From the NCBI GenBank assembly GCA_016187035.1, contig JACPKL010000012.1:8925-72924 (forward strand): a stretch of DNA of 64,000 nt, given 5' to 3'. Of the stretch, positions 26,185-36,934 are shown piece by piece. Origin of the DNA: Candidatus Daviesbacteria bacterium. GTDB lineage: Bacteria > Patescibacteriota > Microgenomatia > Daviesbacterales > UBA10151. Position numbers and translations under genes: made by a program. Position 1 is the stretch's first letter. Each line of letters opens with the position of its first letter. The notes beneath the pieces are model-generated. The model saw only the letters and a program-made list of their open reading frames with translations. It had not been told where the DNA came from and searched no databases.

Positions 26185-28271
26185 TACGGTGGTAAACCAG
26201 AACCGTCTTTAGGTTGATATAACGACCTAAACGGGGTACGCCATTTTATCTCAATAATTCGTTTTTCGTCTACAATGACCTTTTCGAAAAAGGACTGGTT
26301 ATAAAGTGTTCTTTTTGGTGGATCAGAAGTTCTATAAAGCTCGTAAATATCGCCGAGGACATCTATTGTTTTATTAAGGGCAATGAAACTGGCGTCATCT
26401 TCCTGCTCTATTTCATTTAGCCGGACATTAGCGAGGTCAATATCAGCAAAGAGCTTTTCTTTGTCGTAGTCTTTAAGGTCTATGTCTTCCAAACTCTTAG
26501 CAAAATCTCCCAAGCCGTCTATGTCTTCAACCGACTCATCCAAGCTGTTAATGTACTTTTCAAAAAACTTCTTACGTAGGATTTTTCCCTTCTGGACAAC
26601 ATCTTTAAATTCAGTTAAAAATTCACTGTGACTTTTAACACTTTTTCTAAATGCCGCGACTGAACTTTCCAGTCTTTTTAGAAGAACAGTCTGAAAGATA
26701 CCTGCTAAGGCTTGGCCTCTGTGGACTTCCACTAAATCTTTTTTCTCGGCAACCTTGTATTCGGAGAGTTTATAATAGGCAAGAGTAAGATCAGCTTCTA
26801 TTTTTCTTGAAATCTCGGCATAAAGTCCGTCATAGGCTTTATCAAGAGAATAATGTACTTCTTCTAACTTTCTATCTGGGAATTCAATCTTTTTATATTC
26901 GCCTGTTTCTGTTTTGAATTTTGCGTCTTTGTAGTTTTCTCTAATATATTGTCTCGTTCTTCGAATAGAAATTGATTGTAAAACATCGTTAATATGATTA
27001 GCGTTTCCTTTCTGGGCTTTGTTAAATTCTTTTTGTAAATCAAAGATGCCTTGTTTGATAAACATGCGCTTATTATTTTGCCCGATAAGCATAAGCTGAA
27101 AGTAAAAGTCCCAAATAGTGTTATTCATAGGAGTTGCAGTCATTAAAATTACTTTTGGAGTTTTGCCATATGAGCGGATTTTTTCTATAAAGGAAAAGAG
27201 GTTTTCATAGCGGTTAGATATAGGGTTTCTAAAGTTGTGGGACTCATCAATCACAATAAGCGAAATATCGGAGAGCTTTATTTGATGGCGTTTCTCTAAA
27301 TCTTCAAAGTCTAAACCTTCCCCGCCTAAATACTCCTGATGGATGATATTTTCTGAAACACCCAAGTCTTTAAGTTCTGCCTGCCACATTCGGTGAAGCT
27401 GGGCTGGACAAACAACAACAAACTTACGTCTTCTGTAAAAACCAAAATCCTCAATAACTTTTTTGGCAATCCATGTTTTACCAAGACCGACTGAATCTGC
27501 AACCAGTACACCATTATAGTTGGTAAGAGATGAATAAATCCTATTCACTGCGTCTTCTTGAAAGGTAGCAAGATTTACGACACTTTCTGGCAAGTTATCA
27601 TTTTTAGGAGTATCTTTAGGCTCCAACTCTTTCTTTTGAAGCTCGTATAGGGCTTTAATATAAACTTCATAGGGTGAGTATTCCCTTGTGCCTAGCTTTG
27701 AGTTTTTTAATATCTCGATAAGTTCTTGTTTGAAATCGCGGGCTTGCTCCCAGAATTTATCAAACCATTCTTTCTTGACATAAACAGGGTGGGGGTCAAT
27801 CAGAACTGCGTTTAGCTCTGTGTTACCGGCAAGTCCCGAATAAGTAAAGTTGCTAGAGCCAATAATGGCCAAATCATCAAAAATATATGCCTTGCCGTGT
27901 AGAAATGGTTTTTCCAGAAGTTTAACGTCAACGATCTCTTTTTCAAGAAACGAGATAAGGTCTTTGACTGCCTGTGATTTTTTAGAGGTAAAATCTTCGT
28001 TTTCAAGGTCTTCCCTTAAATTCGTTTTGTAAAAAGCTACTGGTTCGAATAAATCCGGTTTTACTTTATCATCAACAGAGGGGGAATGGCCAAGTAAAAG
28101 CCTAAACTTTTTTACTCCCTTAATCTCTTGGGCGACAAGCTCGAAGCCTCCAACATTAAAATATCCGGTGGCAACGTCAAAGTGATTTGGCTGGTCATTG
28201 AGGATGTTTTTTAACTCGGTAAAGAGCTTAATCTTGTCATTATCAATAATTGATTTATTTGGCGTATACAT
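26121..28271 (-). pseudogene. PLD-nuclease/SNF2 helicase, truncated before the helicase C-terminal domain
   Basis: LHGKAYIF..IIGSSNFT PLD; ADSVGLGKT, DESHNFRN, MTATP; no motif V/VI; ORF runs into tRNA-Gly. Confidence 0.75.
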
Positions 28272-28275
28272 AAAT

Positions 28276-28470
28276 CTATTTTGTTATCAGCTTAATAATG
28301 TCCTCTTGGTGATAGCGTCTTTCGCCTACACCGCGTCTCGTGCCTACACGAATGGCTTTTAACTTTCCTTTCTTATCCCATCGCCTCAATGTGGTCGGAT
28401 GGACATTAAGGATTTTAGCCACCTGCGCAATAGTCAAAAGCTCTGGTAACTTAATATCGTCTTTTGGCAT
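28276..28470 (-). CDS. MerR/excisionase-like HTH protein
   Basis: LLTIAQVAKILNVHPTTLRRW...G.RRY. Confidence 0.85.
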   Translation of the reverse strand: MPKDDIKLPELLTIAQVAKILNVHPTTLRRWDKKGKLKAIRVGTRRGVGERRYHQEDIIKLITK

Positions 28471-28830
28471 TTTTGGTCACTTTTATATAACAATTCCTAC
28501 CTTTTACGTTAGTAAAAGGCAAGCTCCGCTTATTATGCATAATTGTACAGGTAAAATGCCTACTTAACAATAGTTAAAAGAAGATAAATAAGAGGTAAAA
28601 GTGGCCTATTTTGAGGGATTAGGAAACTTCAAGGCTAAATTAGGCTCCAATTCATACAAAAAATCTGGTAAAATAGGCGAAGAGTTAAATTCTTGGATAA
28701 ATCCTGGCAGTCTGTGTAACAGTACGTCAGGAGCTCCAGACGGGGCAGAGTCTTTTACAATCTTTCCTGTTAGTTTTCTTACATTTAGATGATGTGATTC
28801 TTAAGCAAAAGTAAGAAAATTTAAGCAGTT

Positions 28831-29214
28831 ATGTCAGAAGAAAGAGAGGGAGAAGGCAAATCTCATCAGGAGTTAAGTGAGGGAGATCGTCGAAAAGCAA
28901 GGGTTGTAGCAGGAGAAATCAAAACAGAAATTAACAGGCTTCTTGGAGAAGGAGATGGAGGTATATGGAAAATTGGAAGCAGTACAATGGTAATTACCAC
29001 TAATGAAAGAATACCACCTGGATCAGCATTTAAGGATGCTGATTTTACTGCTGAAGTGTGGACTTCTAGAGAGATAAGACCAGGGGTTAGTGGGAGTCAA
29101 CAGGAACTTTATGCCTTTTTCTCTGATCATAATGTGCTGAAAACAAGTATAGATATAGCGGCCCCTTTAAATGATTTGCTTGATCTTCTTCAACTCGTCC
29201 GTCAAATCCCCTAG
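28831..29214 (+). CDS. hypothetical protein
   Basis: 127-aa ORF only. Confidence 0.5.
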   Translation: MSEEREGEGKSHQELSEGDRRKARVVAGEIKTEINRLLGEGDGGIWKIGSSTMVITTNERIPPGSAFKDADFTAEVWTSREIRPGVSGSQQELYAFFSDHNVLKTSIDIAAPLNDLLDLLQLVRQIP

Positions 29215-29239
29215 TAGCGGCATGAAAACAATCACACAT

Positions 29240-30235
29240 CTATCCTACCTCGGAGGTGGGAGTGAAGCTACACCTAGGGTTTAATGTGTTAATTAATGTT
29301 TTTAACCCTTTTTCCAGTCCTATTTTTGGTTCCCAGCCTAAGACTTCTTTGGCATGGGAGATATCAGGACAACGCTTTAAAGGATCATCTTCTGGCAGCT
29401 CAGCTATAGATTTTATTTCAGATGTGGATCCTGTCAGCTGTTTGATTTTTTCTGCCAGCTCCTGTATGGTAAATTCCTGAGGGTTTCCCAAATTAAACAC
29501 CTTCCCTTTATTCCCCTTTTCCATGGCTAATACAATCCCTTCTATTAAATCTGAGACATAGCAGAAAGATCTGGTTTGGCTGCCATTACCAAAAATTGGA
29601 ATAGGTTTATTGGCCAAAGCTGCATTGATAAACTCAATCACCACCCTGCCATCATCTGCCATTCTTGGCCCATAAGTATTAAAGATTCTGACTGTTCTGC
29701 CATCCAATCCTTTTGACCTGATGAAAGCAGCAGTAATTGTTTCCCCGAATCTTTTAGACTCATCATAAACTGACCTTGGCCCTAAAGTTGATACATTTCC
29801 CAGATAACTTTCTTTTTGAGGGTGTTCCTTTGGATTGCCATATATTTCAGAGGTGGAGGCAAACAAAAACTTAGCTCCTATTTTTTTGGCCAGTTCACAT
29901 AAATTCCAGGTTCCTAAGGAGTTAACCTGCATGGTTTCAAAAGCCAAAGCATGATAGGACTTGGGGCTGTTAATATTAGGAGAAGCAGGAGAAGCCAAAT
30001 GGTAAATTTGATCTGCCCCGATTAAATCGGGGTTCGCTTCAAGATCCAAAGGTAAAGGTTTTACCACATCTGCTTCAATAAATCTAAAATTAGGGTTTGA
30101 TCTTAAATGCTCAATGTTTTTTAAGTCACCTGTTAAAAGGTTATCAATAGCTATAACTTCATCCCCACGCTGGAGTAACTTATCTACTAAATGTGATCCA
30201 AGAAATCCGGCACCTCCCGTGACTATTATTTTCAT
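29240..30235 (-). CDS. UDP-glucuronate decarboxylase-like NAD-dependent epimerase/dehydratase
   Basis: GGAGFLGSHL, HLASPASP, STSEIYG, YDESKR, RIFNTYGP. Confidence 0.9.
   Translation of the reverse strand: MKIIVTGGAGFLGSHLVDKLLQRGDEVIAIDNLLTGDLKNIEHLRSNPNFRFIEADVVKPLPLDLEANPDLIGADQIYHLASPASPNINSPKSYHALAFETMQVNSLGTWNLCELAKKIGAKFLFASTSEIYGNPKEHPQKESYLGNVSTLGPRSVYDESKRFGETITAAFIRSKGLDGRTVRIFNTYGPRMADDGRVVIEFINAALANKPIPIFGNGSQTRSFCYVSDLIEGIVLAMEKGNKGKVFNLGNPQEFTIQELAEKIKQLTGSTSEIKSIAELPEDDPLKRCPDISHAKEVLGWEPKIGLEKGLKTLINTLNPRCSFTPTSEVG
29242..29280. repeat. family B REP (GTAG-type) supplying the epimerase C-terminus
   Basis: identical to reverse complement of 61103-61141. Confidence 0.9.
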
Positions 30236-30271
30236 TTAAATTAAAACATATCATATTTTCACAAGATTTTG

Positions 30272-31012
30272 CTACTCCCATCTCAGTCCTTGATAAAATC
30301 TAAAAAGTTTTTCAACCATCATCAGCTGATTTGTCTGATTAAAACCGTCTGGATCAACTCTGTGAGTACGAAAACTAGTCTGCAGCCTGCTCATTCCCCA
30401 TGTATCATCAAGTTCTTTAAATGCCTTGCCAAGTCTGTGTTTCATCAAGTTATCTGTTCTATTTAGCTTGTCTAAGACTTGTATATGAAGATTTCTATCA
30501 CCTGGTATGCCATACCCTAAAATGGCATTAGCAAACCTGGCAAAAATAGCATCTCTCAAATCATAAAATGTTACTCTAACCCTATCTGAATCGTTTACTC
30601 CATTCTCAACCCTATCTGCTATTGTCGATACATGACTAATCCATTCTTGTCTTATAGCGTCTCTAGTTTGGATACCTTGCGGACTTATAAAAAAAGCCAA
30701 TTCATATGTTGATGCTGACATTAATAGAGCTCTTCTAGTGTCAGGACCCAGGATTTGAATAACTCCATATGTGATATGTGAGGGATTAATTACATTTCCC
30801 AGGTTAACTAGAGTAGGAGAGCGATGGTTATGAATTATGAATTCTTGCTGGACAATATGAGTAACAGCCATCATTTTTTCATCAACTGGAAGCACCTTGC
30901 CTTGTTTGTCAACTCCGCGAACAAGCTCTTCCTTTAACCTGGTAAGTTTTTCGCTTAATCTGTCCAGTGCCATAAGTTGGGGAATATTATCAAAAAAGTC
31001 TAATAGTTTCAA
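30272..31012 (-). CDS. hypothetical protein
   Basis: 246-aa ORF co-oriented between gpmA and the epimerase. Confidence 0.55.
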   Translation of the reverse strand: MKLLDFFDNIPQLMALDRLSEKLTRLKEELVRGVDKQGKVLPVDEKMMAVTHIVQQEFIIHNHRSPTLVNLGNVINPSHITYGVIQILGPDTRRALLMSASTYELAFFISPQGIQTRDAIRQEWISHVSTIADRVENGVNDSDRVRVTFYDLRDAIFARFANAILGYGIPGDRNLHIQVLDKLNRTDNLMKHRLGKAFKELDDTWGMSRLQTSFRTHRVDPDGFNQTNQLMMVEKLFRFYQGLRWE

Positions 31013-31019
31013 CTTAGTA

Positions 31020-31652
31020 TTATATTTTTCCTCTTTGCAGATTTCTTGCCCTGATTTGTTTACTAATTACTTTACCATACTGGTCTGTCCCATATACATA
31101 TGCTTCTGCAATGCCAAATTCCAATTTAGAAACCTTATCTTCTGTTAAATTTTCCAGATATTTTACCAAAGCCCTTAAAGAATTACCGCTGGCTGTTATT
31201 AATACATTTTCTCCTTTGATTAAATGAGGCAAAATAGCATTTTTAAAATAAGGCACAACTCTTTCGTAAACCTGTTTTAAAGATTCCCCGCCTGCAGGCT
31301 GGTAATTCCAGCTTCTTCTGATTTTTTGAAATTCCTCCTCCCCTACCTGCTTTTGAACTTCCCATTTATTTTTACCTGTAAATTGGCCATAATCCCTTTC
31401 ATTTAAAGCAGTCTCTTCATATGTTGGTAAATCTGGAATATTTAAAACTTTTTTGATCTCATCCAGAGTTTGTTTGGCTCTTTTTAATTTAGAAGTAAAG
31501 CAAACTTCAAATATAATATCCTGAAGTGCCAGGCCGGTTTTTTGGGCTTCTTTTCTGCCTTCCTCATTTAAAGGAATGTCTGTCAGTCCATGCCACCTGC
31601 CTGCTTTGTTCCAATCAGTAATGCCATGCCTGACTAAGACTAAGTATGCCAT
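31020..31652 (-). CDS. gpmA: 2,3-BPG-dependent phosphoglycerate mutase
   Basis: LVRHG, LNERDYG, GESLK and GNSLRAL motifs. Confidence 0.9.
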   Translation of the reverse strand: MAYLVLVRHGITDWNKAGRWHGLTDIPLNEEGRKEAQKTGLALQDIIFEVCFTSKLKRAKQTLDEIKKVLNIPDLPTYEETALNERDYGQFTGKNKWEVQKQVGEEEFQKIRRSWNYQPAGGESLKQVYERVVPYFKNAILPHLIKGENVLITASGNSLRALVKYLENLTEDKVSKLEFGIAEAYVYGTDQYGKVISKQIRARNLQRGKI

Positions 31653-32824
31653 GCCCTCTCTCCTATTTCTTCCTCTATTCTTAACAGCTCATTATATTTG
31701 GCAACCCTGTCTGTTCTGGAAAGAGAACCGGCCTTGATCTGTTCTGCAGCCAGACCAACTGCTAAGTGGGAAATAAAAGTGTCTTCTGTTTCTCCTGATC
31801 TGTGGGAAATAATAGTTTTCCATCCTGCATTTTTAGCCATCTGAACTGTTTGAATTGTTTCAGTTAAAGTGCCAACCTGGTTAGGTTTAATTAAGATGGC
31901 ATTGCCTGCTTTTTCCGAAATAGCTCTTTTTAAAAACTTAATATTAGTAACCAGCAGATCATCTCCCACCAGCTGGATTTTATTACCCAGTTTTTCAGTT
32001 AATTTAACCCACCCTGCCCAGTCTGTTTCCGAAAGCCCATCCTCAATTGAGATAATCGGATACTGCCCGCAATATCTGACTAATGTCTCAATCAATTCTT
32101 CACTACTTTTATTTAGCTGCGATGCTGCCACATCCAACGCTAAACTGATATCACGTCCTAATTTAAAGTTAGAATTTTGGATTGCTGATTTAATAAATTC
32201 CAAAGCCTGGCCATTTCCGCCTTTAACAACAAACCCTCCCTCATCTCCTACAGTTGTGGAAAGGCCATTGGTTTTTAAAATGGTTTTCAACTCCTGGAAT
32301 ACCTTAGTGCCCCAAAGAATCCCTTCAGAAAAGGAAGATGCCCCGTTTGGCACAATCATAAATTCCTGAAAATCTGTTCCAAAATCAGCATGAGCTCCCC
32401 CGTTAATAATATTTATCAAAGGCAAAGGCAGGATAAATTTATTATTACCTGCCAAATTTCCAATATACTTATATAGAGGAATATTCTCAAAACTGGCAGC
32501 TGCTTTGGCAAAGCTTAACGAAACAGACAAAATAGCATTTGCCCCAAGATTGCTTTTATTTTCCGTGCCATCCAGATTTATCATGATCTGGTCTAATTCT
32601 TTCTGGTCTAATTCCAAATTTGTCAACTCTTTGTCTAGCTTGTTATTAACATTTAAAACTGCTTCAGAAGCATCAATAGATACTGCTTCATTTATACCTG
32701 TTGAGGCTCCGGAAGGAACTGAAGCTCTTCCTAATACCCCATTTTCCAAAAAAACATCAGTCTCTATAGTCGGATTTCCACGGCTGTCATAAATTATCCT
32801 GGCATGAATCTTTGCTACTTTCAT
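31640..32824 (-). CDS. eno: enolase
   Basis: DSRGNPT, VPSGASTG, GDEGG, SHRSGETED, KYNELLRIEE. Confidence 0.97.
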   Translation of the reverse strand: MKVAKIHARIIYDSRGNPTIETDVFLENGVLGRASVPSGASTGINEAVSIDASEAVLNVNNKLDKELTNLELDQKELDQIMINLDGTENKSNLGANAILSVSLSFAKAAASFENIPLYKYIGNLAGNNKFILPLPLINIINGGAHADFGTDFQEFMIVPNGASSFSEGILWGTKVFQELKTILKTNGLSTTVGDEGGFVVKGGNGQALEFIKSAIQNSNFKLGRDISLALDVAASQLNKSSEELIETLVRYCGQYPIISIEDGLSETDWAGWVKLTEKLGNKIQLVGDDLLVTNIKFLKRAISEKAGNAILIKPNQVGTLTETIQTVQMAKNAGWKTIISHRSGETEDTFISHLAVGLAAEQIKAGSLSRTDRVAKYNELLRIEEEIGERAWHT

Positions 32825-32848
32825 ATATACATAATATAATACCTGAAT

Positions 32849-34285
32849 ATGTTTGAAAAGAAAACCAAAATAATATGTACTATCGGCCCTGCCTCCTGGG
32901 ATGAAGAGACTATTGAAAAAATGGTTTTAGCAGGTATGGATATTGCCCGCTTGAATTTCTCTCATGGCGCTCATCAGGAAAAAAATGAACAGATTGAAAA
33001 GATCAGGAAAATTTCCCGGAAATTAAAGAAACGTTTAGCAGTTATGGCAGACTTACAAGGACCAAAAATCCGTTTGGGGAGAATTGATGGTGAAGCTGAA
33101 GAAGATACAGGAGATCCTAAGATATTTTTAAAAACAGGACAAATAATTAAACTCTCAACAAATCCAAAAGATGATGAACTGTCAATCCAGTATGATCTTT
33201 CTCCTTTTATGAAAGTTGGGCAAAAAATTCTTATAAATGATGGTTTGGTTGAAGGAAAAGTGATAGGTATTATTGGAAAAACACTGAAAATAGAGGTCCT
33301 AAATGATGGTTTTATCTCTTCTAATAAAGGTGTTAATGTACCTGAAACTTTGCTGCCGGAGGCTTCCTTAACTGCCAAAGATATTATTGATGCTGAGTTT
33401 GCCCTTAAAAACGGTTGCGAATACTTAGCTATTTCCTTTGTCCAAACAATCCAGGATATAGAAAAAGGCAGAAAACTTATTAAAAAATATAATCCTAAAA
33501 CTAAACTTGTAATCAAGCTGGAAAAACCTCAGGCTATTAAAAATCTGGAAAATATTATAAAAGCTACAGATGTGGTAATGATAGCCCGTGGTGACTTGGC
33601 AATTGAAACTAAAGCTTCTGAGGTACCTTTGCTGCAGCTGGAGATCATCAGGCTTTCAAGACAATATCAAAAACCAGTGATAGTGGCCACCCAGATGCTT
33701 GAATCAATGATAGAACATGCCCGTCCTACCAGGGCTGAAGTGTCTGATGTGGCAAATGCTGTGTTATCCGAGGTAGATGCAGTGACTCTTTCCGCAGAAT
33801 CTGCAAATGGTAAATACCCTGTAGAAACTGTTCATGTTATGAATGATATTATTCATACAATTGAGAAAAATCCTACATACAGGCACTATATTAAGGTCAA
33901 CTGGGAGCAAATAACCCGGGAAAGTTTAACTTTAAATGCTATAGTATCAGCTGCCTCAGCTTTATCTTACCGGGCAGGGGCTAAACTGATTGTGGTTGCA
34001 ACATCAACAGGCCAAACAGCGCAGCTTATTTCCTCATTCAGGCCAACCTCCTCAATTTTAGCCGTGTCATATAATCAATATGTAGCTAATCAGTTAGCTT
34101 TAGTCTGGGGAGTAGAATCAATTGTAATTGAAAAGATGGATGATGCTGATGAGTTTGCCAAAAAGATTATTCACCAGGTTAAAAATTTACATATTCTTAA
34201 ACCCGGAGATAAATTTGTACTGGTAGTTGGTACTCATGTTGGAAAAAGCGGTGATATTGATACTGTCAGGTTAGTTACTTTCTAA
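32849..34285 (+). CDS. pyk: pyruvate kinase
   Basis: TKIICTIGPAS, ARGDL, ATQMLESM, PTRAEVSD. Confidence 0.97.
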   Translation: MFEKKTKIICTIGPASWDEETIEKMVLAGMDIARLNFSHGAHQEKNEQIEKIRKISRKLKKRLAVMADLQGPKIRLGRIDGEAEEDTGDPKIFLKTGQIIKLSTNPKDDELSIQYDLSPFMKVGQKILINDGLVEGKVIGIIGKTLKIEVLNDGFISSNKGVNVPETLLPEASLTAKDIIDAEFALKNGCEYLAISFVQTIQDIEKGRKLIKKYNPKTKLVIKLEKPQAIKNLENIIKATDVVMIARGDLAIETKASEVPLLQLEIIRLSRQYQKPVIVATQMLESMIEHARPTRAEVSDVANAVLSEVDAVTLSAESANGKYPVETVHVMNDIIHTIEKNPTYRHYIKVNWEQITRESLTLNAIVSAASALSYRAGAKLIVVATSTGQTAQLISSFRPTSSILAVSYNQYVANQLALVWGVESIVIEKMDDADEFAKKIIHQVKNLHILKPGDKFVLVVGTHVGKSGDIDTVRLVTF

Positions 34286-34328
34286 AAGAATAATCTTGTA
34301 ATTACACCTGCAATAGTTTTATCATTAA

Positions 34329-36707
34329 TTGATGTTTCAAAAGAAATTGGTTGCTTGGTTTGATGAGCTGACTATTAAAGATGTCTCCTTGGTTGGCGGG
34401 AAAAATGCTTCTTTAGGGGAGATGTATCAGAAATTAACCCAAAAAGGGGTTGATATTCCTTATGGGTTTGCAATCACTTCTTTTGCTTACAGGCTGTTTT
34501 TAAAAGAAAATGGCCTGGATGAAAAAATCAGGGAGATTTTAAAGGATCTGGATACAAAAAGCATATCCAATTTAAAGATAAGGGGTCAAAAAATCCGCTC
34601 TCTAATTTTAAACTCCCATATTCCAAAGGAAGTAGAACAGGAAATTATAGATTATTATAAAAAACTATCCCAAAAATATCATACCCTAAATGTAGGTGTA
34701 GCTGTGCGCTCATCTGCCACAGCTGAGGATCTGCCTGATGCTTCTTTTGCCGGCCAGCAGGCCACTTTTTTAAACATCAGCGGTAATAATCATCTTTTAA
34801 AATCTGTTAAAGAATGTTTCGCTTCGCTTTTTACCAACAGGGCTATTTCTTACCGTACAGATAAAGGGTTTGGCCATCTTAAAGTTTATCTTTCAGTGGG
34901 AATCCAGAAAATGGTCTCATCTGATAAAGCCTCATCAGGTGTGATGTTTACTTTAGACCCTGATACTGGATTTAGGAATGTGGTAGTAATCAACAGCGCC
35001 TGGGGACTGGGTGAGCTGGTTGTCCAGGGCCAGGTGATTCCTGATGAGATAATGGTATTTAAACCAACCAAAGCCATCATATCTAAAAATTTAGGTTCCA
35101 AGGATGAATCTTTAATTTATGATGGTGAGAACAAAACCAGATTAATAAAAAATTCACCGCAGTTAAAGCAGCAATTTACTTTAAGTGACAAAGAAATTTT
35201 ACAGTTGTCTGAATGGGCAATCCAAATTGAGAATCATTATAAAAAGCCTATGGATATTGAATGGGCAAAAGACGGGGAAACTAACAGGATGTATATTGTC
35301 CAGGCCAGGCCGGAAACAATCCATGCTGCCAAAAACATCTCTTTTATGGAAGATTATCAAATGCACCGTCATGGAAAATTACTGGCTCAGGGTATAGCTG
35401 TTGGCACTAAAATTGCCCAGGGCAAAGCCCATGTTATCCAAAGCGCTGCCCAAATAGGTCAGTTTAAGCAGGGTGAGGTGCTGGTTACTAAAATTACCGA
35501 TCCGGACTGGGAGCCGATTATGAAGAAAGCCCAGGCAATTGTGACAGATGAAGGGGGCAGGACATCCCATGCTGCAATAGTCTCCAGGGAATTGGGAATC
35601 CCCTGTATTGTGGGCACGCAAAACAGCACTAAGTGCCTTGAAAATTCCCAAACAGTTACAGCTGACTGTTCAAACGGCGCTAATGGTTTAGTTTATGAGG
35701 GAGAAGGAGAATGGGAGGTTAAAAAATATTCTGTTTCCAATATAAAGAGGCCAAAAACTAAAATTATGATAAATATTGGCTCTCCTGATGAGGCTTTTAA
35801 GAATTCATTTTTACCAAATGACGGTGTGGGGCTGGCCAGGGAAGAATTTATTATTGCTTCAAAGATTAAAATTCATCCACAGGCCCTATTAAATTATGAT
35901 AGTTTAGATAAAAATACCAAAGCAGAAATTGATAAATTAACAACAGGTTACAAAGATAAAACTAAATATTACATAGATAAGTTAGCCTCAGGAATTGCCC
36001 GGATAGGAGCTGCTTTTTATCCAAAACCTGTGATTGTCCGTTTTTCTGATTTTAAAACAAATGAATACTCCTCTTTAATAGGAGGAAAACTGTTTGAGCC
36101 CAAAGAAGAAAATCCGATGATTGGTTTCAGAGGCGCTTCACGCTACTATGATCCCCGCTTTGAACAATCTTTTGGTTTGGAATGTCAGGCTATAAAAAAG
36201 GTAAGGGAGGGGTGGGGATTAACAAATGTGATTGTGATGATTCCTTTTTGCCGGACTTTGCAAGAGGGCAAAAAAGTTTTGGAAACCATGGCCAAATACG
36301 GCTTAAAAAAAGGGCAAAAAGGTTTGAAAGTATATATGATGGCAGAAATCCCCTCAGATATAATTTTGGCAGATGAATTTTTGAAGATATTTGATGGGTT
36401 TAGCATTGGCTCAAATGACCTGACCCAGCTCACTTTAGGAATGGACCGGGACAATGCAGATCTTTCAAAAATTGCCAATGAACAAGATCCTGCTGTGAAA
36501 CAGTTAATAGAAAAGGTGATTAAGGTCAGCAAGGTACATAAAAAGTATGTTGGGATCTGCGGCCAGGCCCCCTCGGATTACCCGGAATTTGCCAAATTTT
36601 TAGTCAGGCTGGGAATTGAGAGCATCTCCTTAAACCCGGATACAGTCATCAAAACCACCCTGGCCATCCTCTCTGCAGAAAAATTACGTTCAAACCCCAG
36701 GGGTTGA
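34329..36707 (+). CDS. ppsA: phosphoenolpyruvate synthase
   Basis: VGGKNASLGEM, RSSATAEDLPDASFAGQ, GGRTSHAAI, SIGSNDLTQ. Confidence 0.97.
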   Translation: MMFQKKLVAWFDELTIKDVSLVGGKNASLGEMYQKLTQKGVDIPYGFAITSFAYRLFLKENGLDEKIREILKDLDTKSISNLKIRGQKIRSLILNSHIPKEVEQEIIDYYKKLSQKYHTLNVGVAVRSSATAEDLPDASFAGQQATFLNISGNNHLLKSVKECFASLFTNRAISYRTDKGFGHLKVYLSVGIQKMVSSDKASSGVMFTLDPDTGFRNVVVINSAWGLGELVVQGQVIPDEIMVFKPTKAIISKNLGSKDESLIYDGENKTRLIKNSPQLKQQFTLSDKEILQLSEWAIQIENHYKKPMDIEWAKDGETNRMYIVQARPETIHAAKNISFMEDYQMHRHGKLLAQGIAVGTKIAQGKAHVIQSAAQIGQFKQGEVLVTKITDPDWEPIMKKAQAIVTDEGGRTSHAAIVSRELGIPCIVGTQNSTKCLENSQTVTADCSNGANGLVYEGEGEWEVKKYSVSNIKRPKTKIMINIGSPDEAFKNSFLPNDGVGLAREEFIIASKIKIHPQALLNYDSLDKNTKAEIDKLTTGYKDKTKYYIDKLASGIARIGAAFYPKPVIVRFSDFKTNEYSSLIGGKLFEPKEENPMIGFRGASRYYDPRFEQSFGLECQAIKKVREGWGLTNVIVMIPFCRTLQEGKKVLETMAKYGLKKGQKGLKVYMMAEIPSDIILADEFLKIFDGFSIGSNDLTQLTLGMDRDNADLSKIANEQDPAVKQLIEKVIKVSKVHKKYVGICGQAPSDYPEFAKFLVRLGIESISLNPDTVIKTTLAILSAEKLRSNPRG

Positions 36708-36729
36708 TTAGCTTTGAACCCCAGGAATT
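36688..36729. repeat. family C palindromic repeat supplying the ppsA stop
   Basis: GTTCAAACCCCAGGGGTTGA..AGCTTTGAACCCCAGGAATT; copies at 51762, 54668, 55923, 63823. Confidence 0.85.
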
Positions 36730-36934
36730 TAGGAGCCAACTGAAACAAAAACAACACCTGCATTCTACGCTCAGTACAAGATGGCCTGCAACCGATTCGG
36801 CCTGAGGCTCACGGCCGAAGGCCTCTCAGGTTGCATCGTAAATTTCACTGCCCAGAGAGGTACCTATTTAAGATCAAATACATTTACCCCTGAATTCCCC
36901 AACAAATTACCACAAGGCACCATACTCCCAGAAG

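Noticed and set aside
36786..36836. nested GC hairpin between ppsA and dinB as an ncRNA
   Set aside because: No promoter seen; lies between convergent genes and resembles the repeat families or a terminator.
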